This document shows positions 10,085 to 19,742 of a stretch of 42,946 bases of DNA, in pieces. Origin of the DNA: an uncultured Myxococcales bacterium (GTDB taxonomy: Bacteria > Desulfobacterota > Binatia > UBA1149 > SPBQ01); contig CAZQYE010000001.1 of NCBI GenBank assembly GCA_964597375.1, positions 1 through 42,946 of the forward strand. The letters are read 5' to 3'. The position numbers and the translations under genes are program-made. Position 1 is the first letter of the stretch; each line of letters starts with the position of its first letter. The notes beneath the pieces are model-generated. The model was not told where the DNA came from, made no database searches, and saw only the letters and a list, made by a program, of their open reading frames with translations.

Positions 10085-11101
10085 ATGTTGGACAATTGGA
10101 AAGACCTCATTCGACCGAAGCTGGAGATTCGCGCGCTCGACGATCGCTACGGGCGGTTCGAGCTTGAACCGTTCGAGCGCGGATTCGGCACCACGATCGG
10201 CAATGCGCTCCGGCGGGTGTTGCTGTCGTCTCTGAAGGGTGCGGCAATCACGAACGTCCGGATCGACGGAGTCCTGCACGAGTTCTCGACGATCGACGGA
10301 GTGACCGAGGATGTCACGGACATCGTACTGAACCTCAAGGAAGTGCGCCTGAAAATCCACGAGGGGCGAGAACATCGCGGGCGTCTCGAAGTCGAGGCGC
10401 AGGATACACCGCTCGATGTCACGGCGGCCCTCATTCGGTTCGACCCGCAGGTCGAGGTGCTCAACCCCGAGCAGCATATCGCCACGATCTCGCCAGGAGC
10501 GAAGCTGAGCATGGAGCTCGTCGCCCGGCGCGGGAGCGGTTACGTGCCGGCGGATCAGAACCGGGACGAGGAAGCCCCGGTCGGTACGATTGCGATGGAC
10601 GCTTCGTTTTCTCCGATCCGGAAGGTCAACTTCACGGTGACGAGCGCCCGGGTCGGCCAGCGCACGGACTATGACCGGCTCGGGCTGGAAGTTTGGACGG
10701 ATGGCAGCATCCGGCCGGACGATGCCGTCGCGGTGGCGGCGCGGATTCTGCAAGACCAGGTGTCCGTGCTGATCAACTTCGACGTCGAGGAGATCGAGGC
10801 GCACGAGGCCCTCGAAGAGCCCGAGGGCGAGCCCCTCAACGAGAATCTCTTCCGCTGTGTCGACGAGCTCGATCTCTCGGTGCGGTCGGCGAACTGCTTG
10901 CAGAACGCGGACATCAAGTACATCGGGGAGCTCGTGCAGCGCACCGAGGCCGAGATGCTCAAAACGAAGAACTTCGGCCGCAAGTCGCTGCTCGAGATCA
11001 AGGAGCTCCTGTCGGAGATGGGCCTGTCGTTGGGGATGAAGCTGCCGAACTTTCCGCCGCGCGAGACTCTCGATCGCATGAGGCTCGAGCAGGAGAAGTA
11101 A
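10085..11101 (+). CDS. rpoA: DNA-directed RNA polymerase subunit alpha
   Basis: 338 aa. The N-terminal domain has [24 protein letters not shown]. The C-terminal domain has [23 protein letters not shown]. Confidence 0.97.
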   Translation: MLDNWKDLIRPKLEIRALDDRYGRFELEPFERGFGTTIGNALRRVLLSSLKGAAITNVRIDGVLHEFSTIDGVTEDVTDIVLNLKEVRLKIHEGREHRGRLEVEAQDTPLDVTAALIRFDPQVEVLNPEQHIATISPGAKLSMELVARRGSGYVPADQNRDEEAPVGTIAMDASFSPIRKVNFTVTSARVGQRTDYDRLGLEVWTDGSIRPDDAVAVAARILQDQVSVLINFDVEEIEAHEALEEPEGEPLNENLFRCVDELDLSVRSANCLQNADIKYIGELVQRTEAEMLKTKNFGRKSLLEIKELLSEMGLSLGMKLPNFPPRETLDRMRLEQEK

Positions 11102-11107
11102 GAAACC

Positions 11108-11491
11108 ATGCGACACCTCAAGGCCGGACGTAGGTTAGGGCGTAACTCCGCGCATCGCCGCGCCATGTTTCGCAATATGGTCACCTCGTTGATCATGAAC
11201 GGCCGGGTGACCACCACCGACGCGAAGGCGAAGGAGCTTCGCCGGTGGGCCGACCGAGTCGTGACGCTCGGCAAGAAACAGACTCTGGCCGCGCGCAGGA
11301 GGGCTCGGCGGATCGTTCGAACGGACGAGGCGTTGCGGCGCTTGTTCAACGAGATCGCTCCGCGATTCGCCAACCGGCCGGGAGGCTACACGCGCATCAT
11401 CAAAGTCGCGCGCCGGCGCGGAGATGCTGCGCCGCTGTCGGTCGTGGAGCTCACCGAGCAGGGACCGCCGCCGGAGGCCGGTCGCGACTGA
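11108..11491 (+). CDS. rplQ: 50S ribosomal protein L17
   Basis: [29 protein letters not shown]... matches L17. Follows rpoA. Confidence 0.96.
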   Translation: MRHLKAGRRLGRNSAHRRAMFRNMVTSLIMNGRVTTTDAKAKELRRWADRVVTLGKKQTLAARRRARRIVRTDEALRRLFNEIAPRFANRPGGYTRIIKVARRRGDAAPLSVVELTEQGPPPEAGRD

Positions 11492-11558
11492 CCTACTCGG
11501 ATTCGTTTCAATCCTCGAGCGTGGAAGCCGGGGCGGCGGCGGGGTACGATGAACGCTT

Positions 11559-13223
11559 ATGAAGCCGCTGCTCAAGGACTTGATTCGCTCTGCCCTGGAG
11601 CGGGCCCGCGCCAGCGGCACCCTCGCGATCGAGGAGATCCCCGACCCGCATGTCGAAGTCCCCAAGGACCGGGAGCACGGTGACCTTGCAACCAACGTTG
11701 CGCTGACTCTGGCTCGGGCGGCCAGGCGTCCACCGCGGGAGATCGCCGAGACGCTGCTGTCGTGCATCGAGGATCGCGACGGGGTGATCTCCTCGACCGA
11801 AGTCGCCGGGCCGGGGTTCATCAATTTCGTCTTCAGCGATGACGCTTGGCGGCGGAAGCTACTCGACATCGTCGCCGCCGGCGACGCGTACGGCCCGGCG
11901 CCGATCGGTCACGGCCGCCGTGTCCAAGTCGAATTCGTTTCGGCCAACCCGACTGGTCCGCTGCACATCGGCCACGGACGGGGCGCAGCCACGGGAGACG
12001 CCTTGGCGAGGCTGCTGGAAGCCTGCGGTTATTCCGTCGAGCGCGAGTACTACGTCAACGACGCGGGTCGGCAAATGGCGGTTCTCGGACGCAGCGTCCG
12101 CGCCCGCTATCTCGAGCTCGCCGGCTATACGGTCGCGTTCCCCGAGGACGGCTATCCGGGTGAGTACGTCGGCGAGATCGCGCGCGAGCTGCTCGAGCGC
12201 GACGGTCGGCGCTGGGTCGATGAGCCCGAAGACGTGGCGGTGGAAGCCATGGGGCGCTATGCGGGCGAGCGCCTACTGGACCGCATTCGGGCCGATTTGG
12301 CCGACTTCGGAATCGAGTTCGATCGGTTCACGAGTGAGCGCGGTCTGCGGGAGGATGGGACGGTGGAGCAGGCCGTCGAGCGGCTGCGCCAGGGCGGGCA
12401 TCTCTATGAGCAGGACGGCGCGCTGTGGTTTCGCGCCACGGCCTTCGGGGACGACAAGGACCGAACGGTCGTCAAGAGTGACGGTGAACTGACGTACTTC
12501 GCGGCCGATATCGGATACCACCATGCGAAGTATCAGCGTGGGTTCGATGTGCTGATCGACGTCTGGGGTGCCGATCACCACGGATACGTCCAGCGCGTGC
12601 GTTCGGCGCTCGAAGCCCTTGGTGACGATCCAGAACGCCTGCATGTCGTTTTGGTGCAGATGGTCAACTTGACCCGCGACGGCGTTCCGGTGCGCATGGG
12701 AAAGCGGACGGGGGAGTTCGTCTCGCTGCGCGAGGTTCTCGACGAGGTGGGGGCGGATCTTGCGCGATTCTTCTTCTTGATGCGCAAGTCGGACGCCCAG
12801 CTCGACTTCGACCTCGAGCTGGCGCGCCGCCAGAGCGCTGAAAACCCCGTGTTCTACGTTCAATACGCCCACACGCGGATCGCTGGGATTTTCCGTCAGG
12901 CTGCTGAGAAGGGCGTCGTCATGCCCGAGCCGTCCAGTACTGTAGTTTCGGTTCTTTCGAACGAGGACGAAATCGGGCTGATCCGGCTGCTGGCGGAGTT
13001 TCCCGAAGTCGCCCAGGCGGCCGCCGAAGCGTTCGAGCCTCATCGAGTGGTGTTTTACGCGCAGCGGCTGGCCGGCGAGTTCCATCGCTTCTATACCCGC
13101 AACCGTTGCGTGTCGGACGACCGGGATACGACTGCGGCGCGGCTGTTGCTCGTGCAGGCGGTCAAGCAGGTGATCGGGCGAGCGCTCTCTCTGGTCGGGG
13201 TGAGCGCTCCCGAACGGATGTGA
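11559..13223 (+). CDS. argS: Arginine--tRNA ligase
   Basis: 554 aa. N-terminal Arg-tRNA-synthetase add-on domain, class I HIGH motif SANPTGPLHIGHGRG, and C-terminal DALR-type region (...NPVFYVQYAHTRI...). Confidence 0.96.
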   Translation: MKPLLKDLIRSALERARASGTLAIEEIPDPHVEVPKDREHGDLATNVALTLARAARRPPREIAETLLSCIEDRDGVISSTEVAGPGFINFVFSDDAWRRKLLDIVAAGDAYGPAPIGHGRRVQVEFVSANPTGPLHIGHGRGAATGDALARLLEACGYSVEREYYVNDAGRQMAVLGRSVRARYLELAGYTVAFPEDGYPGEYVGEIARELLERDGRRWVDEPEDVAVEAMGRYAGERLLDRIRADLADFGIEFDRFTSERGLREDGTVEQAVERLRQGGHLYEQDGALWFRATAFGDDKDRTVVKSDGELTYFAADIGYHHAKYQRGFDVLIDVWGADHHGYVQRVRSALEALGDDPERLHVVLVQMVNLTRDGVPVRMGKRTGEFVSLREVLDEVGADLARFFFLMRKSDAQLDFDLELARRQSAENPVFYVQYAHTRIAGIFRQAAEKGVVMPEPSSTVVSVLSNEDEIGLIRLLAEFPEVAQAAAEAFEPHRVVFYAQRLAGEFHRFYTRNRCVSDDRDTTAARLLLVQAVKQVIGRALSLVGVSAPERM

Positions 13224-13225
13224 CC

Positions 13226-13876
13226 ATGGCCGGGCGGGGGCGCGAAGGGCACTTTCAATTTACCCTGGTCGAGTTGTCCGTGCTGGCGCTCAGCTTCGTC
13301 GTCACGTCCGGCTTGGTGTTCTTGCTTGGTTTCTATGTCGGCCGGGAGACCGGCCGGGCCCATCTTCCGGCGCCTGCGGGGGTTGCTCGGGTGCCGGTCG
13401 GACAGCCGCCGGCGGGGGAGGCGGCTCCGTTGTCCGTGACTGCGAAGGTTCCCGCGCCGATGGCGCCGGTCGCCCAGCCGCCGGCAAAGACCAATTCCAA
13501 GGCTCGTCCTGCCGCCCGGCCTTCTTCGGAGACTGCTTCGGGCGAGAACCCCATCGTTCGTCCGAAGCCGCTTCCGCAACCGTCTCCGGCGGTGGGAACG
13601 GACGAGAAGAAGCCGCGCCGAGTCGCTGCGGTTCCGTACACGGTACAAGTTCTCGCCACCCGCGACGGGCGCGAGGCGGAGGCCCTGGCGCGCAACCTCA
13701 AGAAGCGCGGTGTCGGTGCTTTCGTCACGGCGGTCGAGGGGGAGACCGGCCGGTGGTATCGTGTGCGCATCGGCCGCTACGACGATCTGCGTGCCGCTCA
13801 GCGGATGGCCGACCGCTGCCGCCGTGAACTGGGCTTGACGCAAGCGTACGTGAGCGCCTACCGGACCGAACCATGA
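13226..13876 (+). CDS. SPOR-domain (peptidoglycan-binding) membrane-anchored protein
   Basis: Lies inside ORF 13106-13876. ATG 13226 is 2 nt after the argS stop. It has one N-terminal TM helix (LVELSVLALSFVVTSGLVFLLGFYV) and a Pro/Ala-rich linker. The C-terminus YTVQVLATRDGREAEALARNLKKRGVGAFVTAVEGETGRWYRVRIGRYDDLRAAQ is a SPOR repeat pattern. Confidence 0.8.
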   Translation: MAGRGREGHFQFTLVELSVLALSFVVTSGLVFLLGFYVGRETGRAHLPAPAGVARVPVGQPPAGEAAPLSVTAKVPAPMAPVAQPPAKTNSKARPAARPSSETASGENPIVRPKPLPQPSPAVGTDEKKPRRVAAVPYTVQVLATRDGREAEALARNLKKRGVGAFVTAVEGETGRWYRVRIGRYDDLRAAQRMADRCRRELGLTQAYVSAYRTEP

Positions 13877-15360
13877 ACGACGTCACTCCCGATTACGCGA
13901 CGTTCGAGCGTCTCGCGCGCCAAGCCAACACCGTGCCGGTCTACCGTGAAGTGGCTGCCGACCTCGACACGCCGGTATCGGCGTTCCTCAAACTTCATCG
14001 TGGGGGGCTCGGTTTCCTGCTCGAGAGCGTCGAGGGAGGCGACCGCTGGGGTCGCTACAGCGTGCTCGGAACCGATCCGTTGATGGTCGTTCGAGCCGAG
14101 CAAGGGAAAGCCGTCGTCCGTACTCGAGACGGGGAATCGCGCGTCATCGAAGGCGATCCGCTCGAGGCCCTCGCGGACGTCTTATCGCCCTTTCGTGCGG
14201 CAACGGTTCCGGGACTCTCGAGATTTGCCGGCGGGTTCGTGGGCTATCTGTCCTACGACCTCGTGCGGACGATCGAGGAGCTTCCGATCGCGACCACGGA
14301 CGATCTCGGTGTTGCGGACGTATGCGGGGTCGTCGCCGATCATTTCGTGCTGTTCGATAACGTCGCCCATACGATGAAGGTCGTTGGCCTGAGCCGCATC
14401 GACGAATCCGCGAGCGTCGAGGCGGCCTACCGCCGGGCGGTGGAGTCCGTCGACCGGATCGTCGACGAGCTCGAGCACCGCCTGGTCACGCCTCCGGCCG
14501 GATCGGCGCACCCGTTCCAAGAGCCGCTGTCGAACTGTACGCCAGAACGGTACGGGGCCGCGGTCGAGCGCGCGCGCGAGTACATCCGTGCCGGCGACGT
14601 GATCCAGGTCGTACTTTCACAGCGTTACGCCCAGCCTCTGGCTTCGCACCCGTTTTCGATCTATCGCGCGCTGCGGACGATCAACCCGTCACCGTACATG
14701 TTCTACCTCGACCTCGGCGACGAGGTCGTCGTTGGTGCGTCGCCGGAAATGATGGTCAAAGTGTCGGGGCGCGAAGTGTCGGTGCGTCCGATTGCAGGCA
14801 CGATCCGCCGCGGGGTCGATGAGGAGGAGGATCGCATGCTCGTCGAGCGGATGCTCGCGGATCCCAAAGAACGAGCCGAGCACATCATGCTCCTCGATCT
14901 CGGTCGCAACGACGTTGGCCGCGTTGCGGAAATCGGCAGCGTTCGCGTGGTCGAACAGATGACGGTCGAGCGGTACTCTCACGTCAACCACATTGTTTCG
15001 CATGTGAGTGGGCGGCTGCGTCCCGATGCGGATCGGTTCGACGCGTTTCGCGCGGCGTTCCCGGCCGGCACACTGACCGGAGCGCCGAAAATCCGCGCGA
15101 TGGAGATCATTGAGGAGCTCGAGGAAACGCGACGCGGGGTTTACGGCGGAGCCATCGGGTACATCGACTTCGAGGGCAACCTCGATACCTGCATTGCGAT
15201 TCGAACCGTGCTCGTCAAAGGCGGCACGGCCTATCTGCAAGTGGGTGCGGGAATCGTCGCGGACTCGGATCCGCAGCGCGAGCAGGCCGAGTGCGAGGCC
15301 AAGGCGCGGGGAATCTTGCTGGCGCTCGAGCGGGGTGCGGCGATGGAGTCGGGAACGTGA
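13873..15360 (+). CDS. trpE: Anthranilate synthase component I
   Basis: 495 aa. Chorismate-binding motifs include SPEMMVKV, IAGTIRRG, LLDLGRNDVGRV and GGAIGYIDF. ATGA overlap with the upstream stop. Heads the trp gene series. Confidence 0.95.
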   Translation: MNDVTPDYATFERLARQANTVPVYREVAADLDTPVSAFLKLHRGGLGFLLESVEGGDRWGRYSVLGTDPLMVVRAEQGKAVVRTRDGESRVIEGDPLEALADVLSPFRAATVPGLSRFAGGFVGYLSYDLVRTIEELPIATTDDLGVADVCGVVADHFVLFDNVAHTMKVVGLSRIDESASVEAAYRRAVESVDRIVDELEHRLVTPPAGSAHPFQEPLSNCTPERYGAAVERAREYIRAGDVIQVVLSQRYAQPLASHPFSIYRALRTINPSPYMFYLDLGDEVVVGASPEMMVKVSGREVSVRPIAGTIRRGVDEEEDRMLVERMLADPKERAEHIMLLDLGRNDVGRVAEIGSVRVVEQMTVERYSHVNHIVSHVSGRLRPDADRFDAFRAAFPAGTLTGAPKIRAMEIIEELEETRRGVYGGAIGYIDFEGNLDTCIAIRTVLVKGGTAYLQVGAGIVADSDPQREQAECEAKARGILLALERGAAMESGT

Positions 15361-16370
15361 AGGAAATACTCCGCAAGATCGCCGGCGGCGAGACGCTGGC
15401 GCCGGCCGACGTCGAACGGGCCGTGGGAGCGATCATGGACGGTGCGGCGACGCCGGCACAAGTCGGAGCGCTGCTCATGGGACTGCGGCTGCGGGGGGAG
15501 ACCGCCGAGCAGCTGGTCGCGGCGGCGCGAGCCGTTCGCGCGCGGTGCCGGCGTGTGGAGGTGGAGGGACCGGTTCTCGACACCTGCGGTACCGGCGGAG
15601 ACGGGCTGGGTACGTTCAACGTCTCCACTGCGGCTGCGCTCGTGGCGGCGGCGGGTGGGGCGCGCGTGGCGAAGCACGGCAACCGTGCGGCCTCCGGGAA
15701 GGTCGGTGCCGCGGACGTGCTCGAAGCGGCGGGGGTCCGGCTCGAGATCGGGCCGGAGCGTGCTGCCCGTGCGATCGAGGAGCTCGGGTTCGCATTTCTT
15801 TTTGCCCCGGCCCACCACCCGGCCTTCAAGTTCGTGGCTGGTCCCAGACGCGAAGTCGGCGTGCCGACGCTGTTCAACCTGCTGGGCCCACTGTGTAATC
15901 CGGCCGGGGCTTCCCATCAGCTCCTCGGTCTGGCCGATGACGCGTGGATGGATCGGGTTGCATCGGCGCTCCGAGATCTCGGTTGTGCGCGCGCGCTGGT
16001 CGTCCACGGCGCCGACGGCAGCGACGAGATCACGCTCACCGGGCCGACCGCGGTCGTGGAGGTCGGGAAGGAAGGCGTGCGGCGGTACAGCATCAGTCCC
16101 GAGCAGCTCGGCTGCGGGCCGTGCCGTTTGGAAGATTTGGCGGGGGGCGAGACGGCGGAGGAGAACGCCTCCCGCCTGTTTGCGATTCTCGGCGGGGAGC
16201 CCGGACCGCTTTCCGACGTCGTTGCTGCCAACGCCGGGGCGGCGCTCTACGTCGCCGAAGTGACTCGCTCGATCGGCGAGGGCGTCGAGCGGGCGCGGGA
16301 GGTCCTGAGGTCGGGGGAGGCGGAACGGCTCTTGCGGGATTACATTCGATTCTCTACGGTAAGCGCTTGA
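15357..16370 (+). CDS. trpD: Anthranilate phosphoribosyltransferase
   Basis: Lies inside ORF 15291-16370. GTG 15357 makes a GTGA overlap with the trpE stop. Motifs: LDTCGTGGDG and KHGNRAASGKVGAADVLEAAGV. Confidence 0.93.
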   Translation: MKEILRKIAGGETLAPADVERAVGAIMDGAATPAQVGALLMGLRLRGETAEQLVAAARAVRARCRRVEVEGPVLDTCGTGGDGLGTFNVSTAAALVAAAGGARVAKHGNRAASGKVGAADVLEAAGVRLEIGPERAARAIEELGFAFLFAPAHHPAFKFVAGPRREVGVPTLFNLLGPLCNPAGASHQLLGLADDAWMDRVASALRDLGCARALVVHGADGSDEITLTGPTAVVEVGKEGVRRYSISPEQLGCGPCRLEDLAGGETAEENASRLFAILGGEPGPLSDVVAANAGAALYVAEVTRSIGEGVERAREVLRSGEAERLLRDYIRFSTVSA

Positions 16371-17143
16371 TTTTAGAAGAGATTATTCAAGCTAAGAGGG
16401 CGGAGGTGGAGCGTGCGAAACAGCGGTCGAGCCGGTCCGACCTGCGCTCGATGGACGGCTTTTCCCAGCCGCGCCGCGGTTTCGCACGGCGTCTGCGTGA
16501 GGCGGGCGGCCGGCGTGTGATTGCAGAGATCAAGCGCATGTCGCCGTCGCGCGGTGTGATCCGGCAGCAGTTCGATCCTCCAGCCCACGGTCGCGCGTAT
16601 GAGGGCGCCGGTGCGGCGTGCCTGTCGGTTCTGACGGACGAGAAGTTTTTCGGCGGAACGCTCGAGCACCTGCGCACCGTCCGTGCGGCCGTGTCGCTGC
16701 CGTTGCTGCGAAAGGACTTCATCATCGATGACTACCAGATCGTCGAGGCGCGGGCTTGGGGAGCGGATGCGGTGTTGCTCATCGTCGCGGCGCTCGACCC
16801 TGGTGCGCTTGCGGATCTTCTGGCTTGCGCCGGGGATGAAGGGCTCGATGCCCTCGTTGAAATCCACACCCGTGCGGAACTCGACGCGGCGCTCGATGCC
16901 GGGGCGACGATGGTGGGGATCAACAACCGGGATCTGAAGACCTTCACGACCTCGCTGGAGACGACCCGCCGGCTCGCTCCGGCGGTGCCGCCCGAATGCC
17001 TGACGATCTCGGAAAGCGGGCTGCGGCCGGGGCCGGAGCTGCGCGAACTCGAGCGATTGGGCGTGGACGCCTTTCTCGTCGGGGAGTCCTTCATGAGCGC
17101 TCCGGATCCGGGGGCGGCGCTCGCATCTTTTCGCGAGGCGTGA
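16367..17143 (+). CDS. trpC: Indole-3-glycerol-phosphate synthase
   Basis: Lies inside ORF 15944-17143. TTG 16367 (TTGA overlap with the trpD stop) gives (M)ILEEIIQAKRAEVE.... Motifs: VIAEIKRMSPSRG, LSVLTDEKFFGG, LRKDFIIDDYQI. Confidence 0.92.
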   Translation: MILEEIIQAKRAEVERAKQRSSRSDLRSMDGFSQPRRGFARRLREAGGRRVIAEIKRMSPSRGVIRQQFDPPAHGRAYEGAGAACLSVLTDEKFFGGTLEHLRTVRAAVSLPLLRKDFIIDDYQIVEARAWGADAVLLIVAALDPGALADLLACAGDEGLDALVEIHTRAELDAALDAGATMVGINNRDLKTFTTSLETTRRLAPAVPPECLTISESGLRPGPELRELERLGVDAFLVGESFMSAPDPGAALASFREA

Positions 17144-17748
17144 AAGTGTGGGTAAAGATCTGCGGCATCACCAGGCTCGAAGACGCGCTGGTTGCGCTGG
17201 AAAGCGGTGCCGATGCGATCGGACTCAACTTTGCACCCTCGAGCAGGCGCTATTGCCCGCCCGATGAAGCAGCGAGGATCGTCGCCGGGCTTCCGGCGGG
17301 CTGCCAGGTGTTCGGCGTCTTCGTACGGGCGTCCCGACACCACATCGAACGAACGATCGGTCGGACCGGCATCGGCGGAATCCAGTTTCACGGCGAGGAG
17401 CCGGTCGAGGAGCTTGCCGGCTGGGACCTGCCCGTGATCCGTGCGGTGCCGGTACGCGACCGGAACAGCGTGTGCGCGGCGATTGCTGAGGCGCGCGGTT
17501 ACCGAGTCCTGCTCGATCACGGGACCGGAGGCGGGAGCGGTAAGCGTTTCGACGAGCGGTTGGTGGCTGGCGTCGACTTGTCCGAGGTGATCGTTGCCGG
17601 GGGGCTGACCCCGGAGAACGTGGCGGATGTAATCCGCCGCTACCGGCCGTGGGGGGTCGACACGGCCGGTGGCGTCGAGCGCGAGCCCGGCCTGAAAGAT
17701 GCCTCGCGGATACGGGAGTTCATCGAACGTGCGAAGACTGCCGGATAG
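17140..17748 (+). CDS. trpF: Phosphoribosylanthranilate isomerase
   Basis: Lies inside ORF 16996-17748. GTG 17140 (GTGA overlap; GTG 17146 is an alternative) gives [31 protein letters not shown].... Confidence 0.9.
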   Translation: MKVWVKICGITRLEDALVALESGADAIGLNFAPSSRRYCPPDEAARIVAGLPAGCQVFGVFVRASRHHIERTIGRTGIGGIQFHGEEPVEELAGWDLPVIRAVPVRDRNSVCAAIAEARGYRVLLDHGTGGGSGKRFDERLVAGVDLSEVIVAGGLTPENVADVIRRYRPWGVDTAGGVEREPGLKDASRIREFIERAKTAG

Positions 17749-18922
17749 AAAGGGCCGCTTCGGTGGTTTTGGAGGGCGCTACGTTCCCGAAACCCTGATG
17801 CCGGCCTTGCTCGAACTCGAGAGCGCATACGCGCGGTGGCGTAAGGACCGCGAGTTTCAAAGGGAGCTTGCGCGCTTACACCGCGAGTACACCGGGCGCG
17901 AGACGCCTCTGTATTTTGCCGCGCGTCTGACCGAGGAAGTCGGCGGCGCGCGGATCTACCTCAAGCGTGAGGACCTGTGCCATACGGGTGCCCACAAGAT
18001 CAACAACACGCTCGGGCAAGGGCTGTTGGCCAAGCGAATGGGGAAACAGCGGATCATCGCCGAGACCGGTGCCGGGCAGCACGGCGTGGCGACGGCGACG
18101 ATGGCCGCTCTCTTCGGCTTTCAGTGCGAGATCTTCATGGGGACCGAGGACGTCCGGCGGCAGGCGCTCAACGTCTTCCGCATGAAGTTGCTCGGTGCTT
18201 CGGTGTGCGCAGTCGACAGCGGCAGCCGCACTCTCAAGGACGCGATCAACGAGGCGATGCGGGACTGGGTCACCAACGTTGCCACGACGTACTACCTCGT
18301 CGGCTCGACGATGGGGCCCCACCCATATCCGATGATCGTCCGCGACTTTCAATCCGTAATCGGACGTGAGGTGCGGCGGCAAATCCTCAAGGCCGAAGGA
18401 CGCTTGCCGGACCTGCTCGTTGCGTGCGTCGGCGGCGGCTCGAACGCGATGGGCCTGTTCTACCCGTTCATCGATGATCCCGAGGTGGCGCTCGTCGGAG
18501 TCGAGGCTGCCGGCCGCGGCCTCGACGCGGGGGCCCACTCGGCGTCGATCTGTCGCGGAGAAGTCGGGATCCTGCACGGGAAGAAGACGTTTTTACTGCA
18601 AGACGAACTCGGACAGATTCGCGAGGCGCATTCGATCGCTCCGGGGCTCGATTACCCGGGCGTCGGCCCCGAACACGCTTGGCTGCACGAGCAGGGGCGG
18701 GCCCGCTACGTGGCCGTTACCGATCAGGAGGCGGTCGACGCGCTCGGACGATTGTCTCGACTCGAGGGGGTGATCCCAGCTCTCGAAAGCGCCCACGCGG
18801 TTGCTTACGCCGTGCGGGCGGCGGCCGAGATGGCGCGCGATAAGGTGGTGGTCGTAAATCTCTCGGGCCGAGGGGACAAGGACATGCCGGCCGTTGCTGA
18901 GTACCTCGAGGGGGGTGACTGA
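17699..18922 (+). CDS. trpB: Tryptophan synthase beta chain
   Basis: [28 protein letters not shown] (PLP-lysine context) and [11 protein letters not shown] 17699 overlaps trpF by 50 nt; GTG 17729 is an alternative start. Confidence 0.95.
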   Translation: MPRGYGSSSNVRRLPDRKGRFGGFGGRYVPETLMPALLELESAYARWRKDREFQRELARLHREYTGRETPLYFAARLTEEVGGARIYLKREDLCHTGAHKINNTLGQGLLAKRMGKQRIIAETGAGQHGVATATMAALFGFQCEIFMGTEDVRRQALNVFRMKLLGASVCAVDSGSRTLKDAINEAMRDWVTNVATTYYLVGSTMGPHPYPMIVRDFQSVIGREVRRQILKAEGRLPDLLVACVGGGSNAMGLFYPFIDDPEVALVGVEAAGRGLDAGAHSASICRGEVGILHGKKTFLLQDELGQIREAHSIAPGLDYPGVGPEHAWLHEQGRARYVAVTDQEAVDALGRLSRLEGVIPALESAHAVAYAVRAAAEMARDKVVVVNLSGRGDKDMPAVAEYLEGGD

Positions 18923-18923
18923 G

Positions 18924-19742
18924 GTGGCGCGGGGGCGGATCAAGCGGGTGCTTGGCCGGACGGCGGCCGAGGGGAGAGCGGCGCTGGTGCCGTTTCTCAC
19001 CGTCGGTGATCCGGACCTCGAGACGAGCCGCGAGGCGATCTTGGCCGCGGCCGAGGGCGGTGCGGATCTGATCGAGCTCGGGGTGCCGTTTTCGGATCCG
19101 ATCGCGGACGGGCCGGTCATTCAGGCCGCGAGTCAGCGGGCACTGGCCGCTGGGGCCTCTCTGCCGAGGGTCCTCGAGACGGTTTCCTGGTTGCGGGAGC
19201 GCAGCGACGTTCCCGTCATCCTGTTCGGGTACGCCAATCCGTTTTTCCGTTACGGCGAGCAGGCGCTGGCGCGCGACGCAGCTGCCGCCGGGGTCGATGG
19301 CCTGCTCGTGGTCGACCTGCCGCCCGAGGAAGCGGCTGCCACCGTGGCCGCCTGCCGCAGCGTGGGAATCGACCGGATCTTCCTGTTGGCACCGACCAGC
19401 GACGAGGCACGGATGAAGGCCGTCGCACGCGTGGCGAGCGGCTTCGTCTACTTTGTCTCGGTCACCGGCGTGACCGGTGCGCGTACCGCGGCGCCGAGCG
19501 GTATCGAGGCGCAAGTCGAGCAGGTCCGCCGCATGACGGGGCTCCCGGTAGGAGTCGGGTTCGGCATCTCCACCGGCGAGCAGGCTGCTTCGGTGGCGCG
19601 CTATGCGGATCTCGTGATCGTCGGTTCCGCCCTCGTGCGCACCGTCCACGAGGCCGGCCGCGCGCGTGCCGCCGCTGCATGCCGCCGGTTCGTAGAAGAC
19701 CTGCGCGCGGCGGTCGCTCGGAGTGAGCGGGGGGCTCGGTGA
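18924..19742 (+). CDS. trpA: Tryptophan synthase alpha chain
   Basis: Lies inside ORF 18894-19742. GTG 18924 is 1 nt after the trpB stop; GTG 18915 is an alternative. Motifs: ALVPFLTVGDPDLETS and ELGVPFSDPIADGPVIQ. Confidence 0.92.
   Translation: MARGRIKRVLGRTAAEGRAALVPFLTVGDPDLETSREAILAAAEGGADLIELGVPFSDPIADGPVIQAASQRALAAGASLPRVLETVSWLRERSDVPVILFGYANPFFRYGEQALARDAAAAGVDGLLVVDLPPEEAAATVAACRSVGIDRIFLLAPTSDEARMKAVARVASGFVYFVSVTGVTGARTAAPSGIEAQVEQVRRMTGLPVGVGFGISTGEQAASVARYADLVIVGSALVRTVHEAGRARAAAACRRFVEDLRAAVARSERGAR

Noticed and set aside
7994-11116. 1040-aa minus-strand ORF, the longest in the track
   Set aside because: It lies antisense to map, rpmJ, rpsM, rpsK, rpsD and rpoA, whose plus-strand products have unmistakable conserved motifs. 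Its translation is Arg/Pro/Leu/Ala-rich with no recognisable domain. Long stop-free antisense frames are expected in very GC-rich DNA.
11496-11519. Imperfect inverted repeat (ctcggatt-cgtttc-aatcctcgag) after rplQ as a possible alpha-operon terminator
   Set aside because: The stem is short and bulged, and no U-tract follows it. I cannot support an intrinsic terminator. A TACGAT hexamer 8 nt upstream of the argS ATG has only a weak -35 partner, so no promoter was called either.
11549-11561. Upstream ATG at 11549 as an alternative argS start
   Set aside because: It is out of frame with the ArgRS reading frame (10 nt from ATG 11559). Its own frame gives a short Arg/Pro-rich peptide.
13226-13330. 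Prepilin-like N-terminus (HFQ-FTLVELSVLALSFVV) in the SPOR-domain protein
   Set aside because: It resembles the FTLxEL pilin helix but lacks the invariant Gly at -1 (Gln instead). With the nearest Gly as the cleavage site, the Glu would be out of register. It is most simply an ordinary signal-anchor helix.
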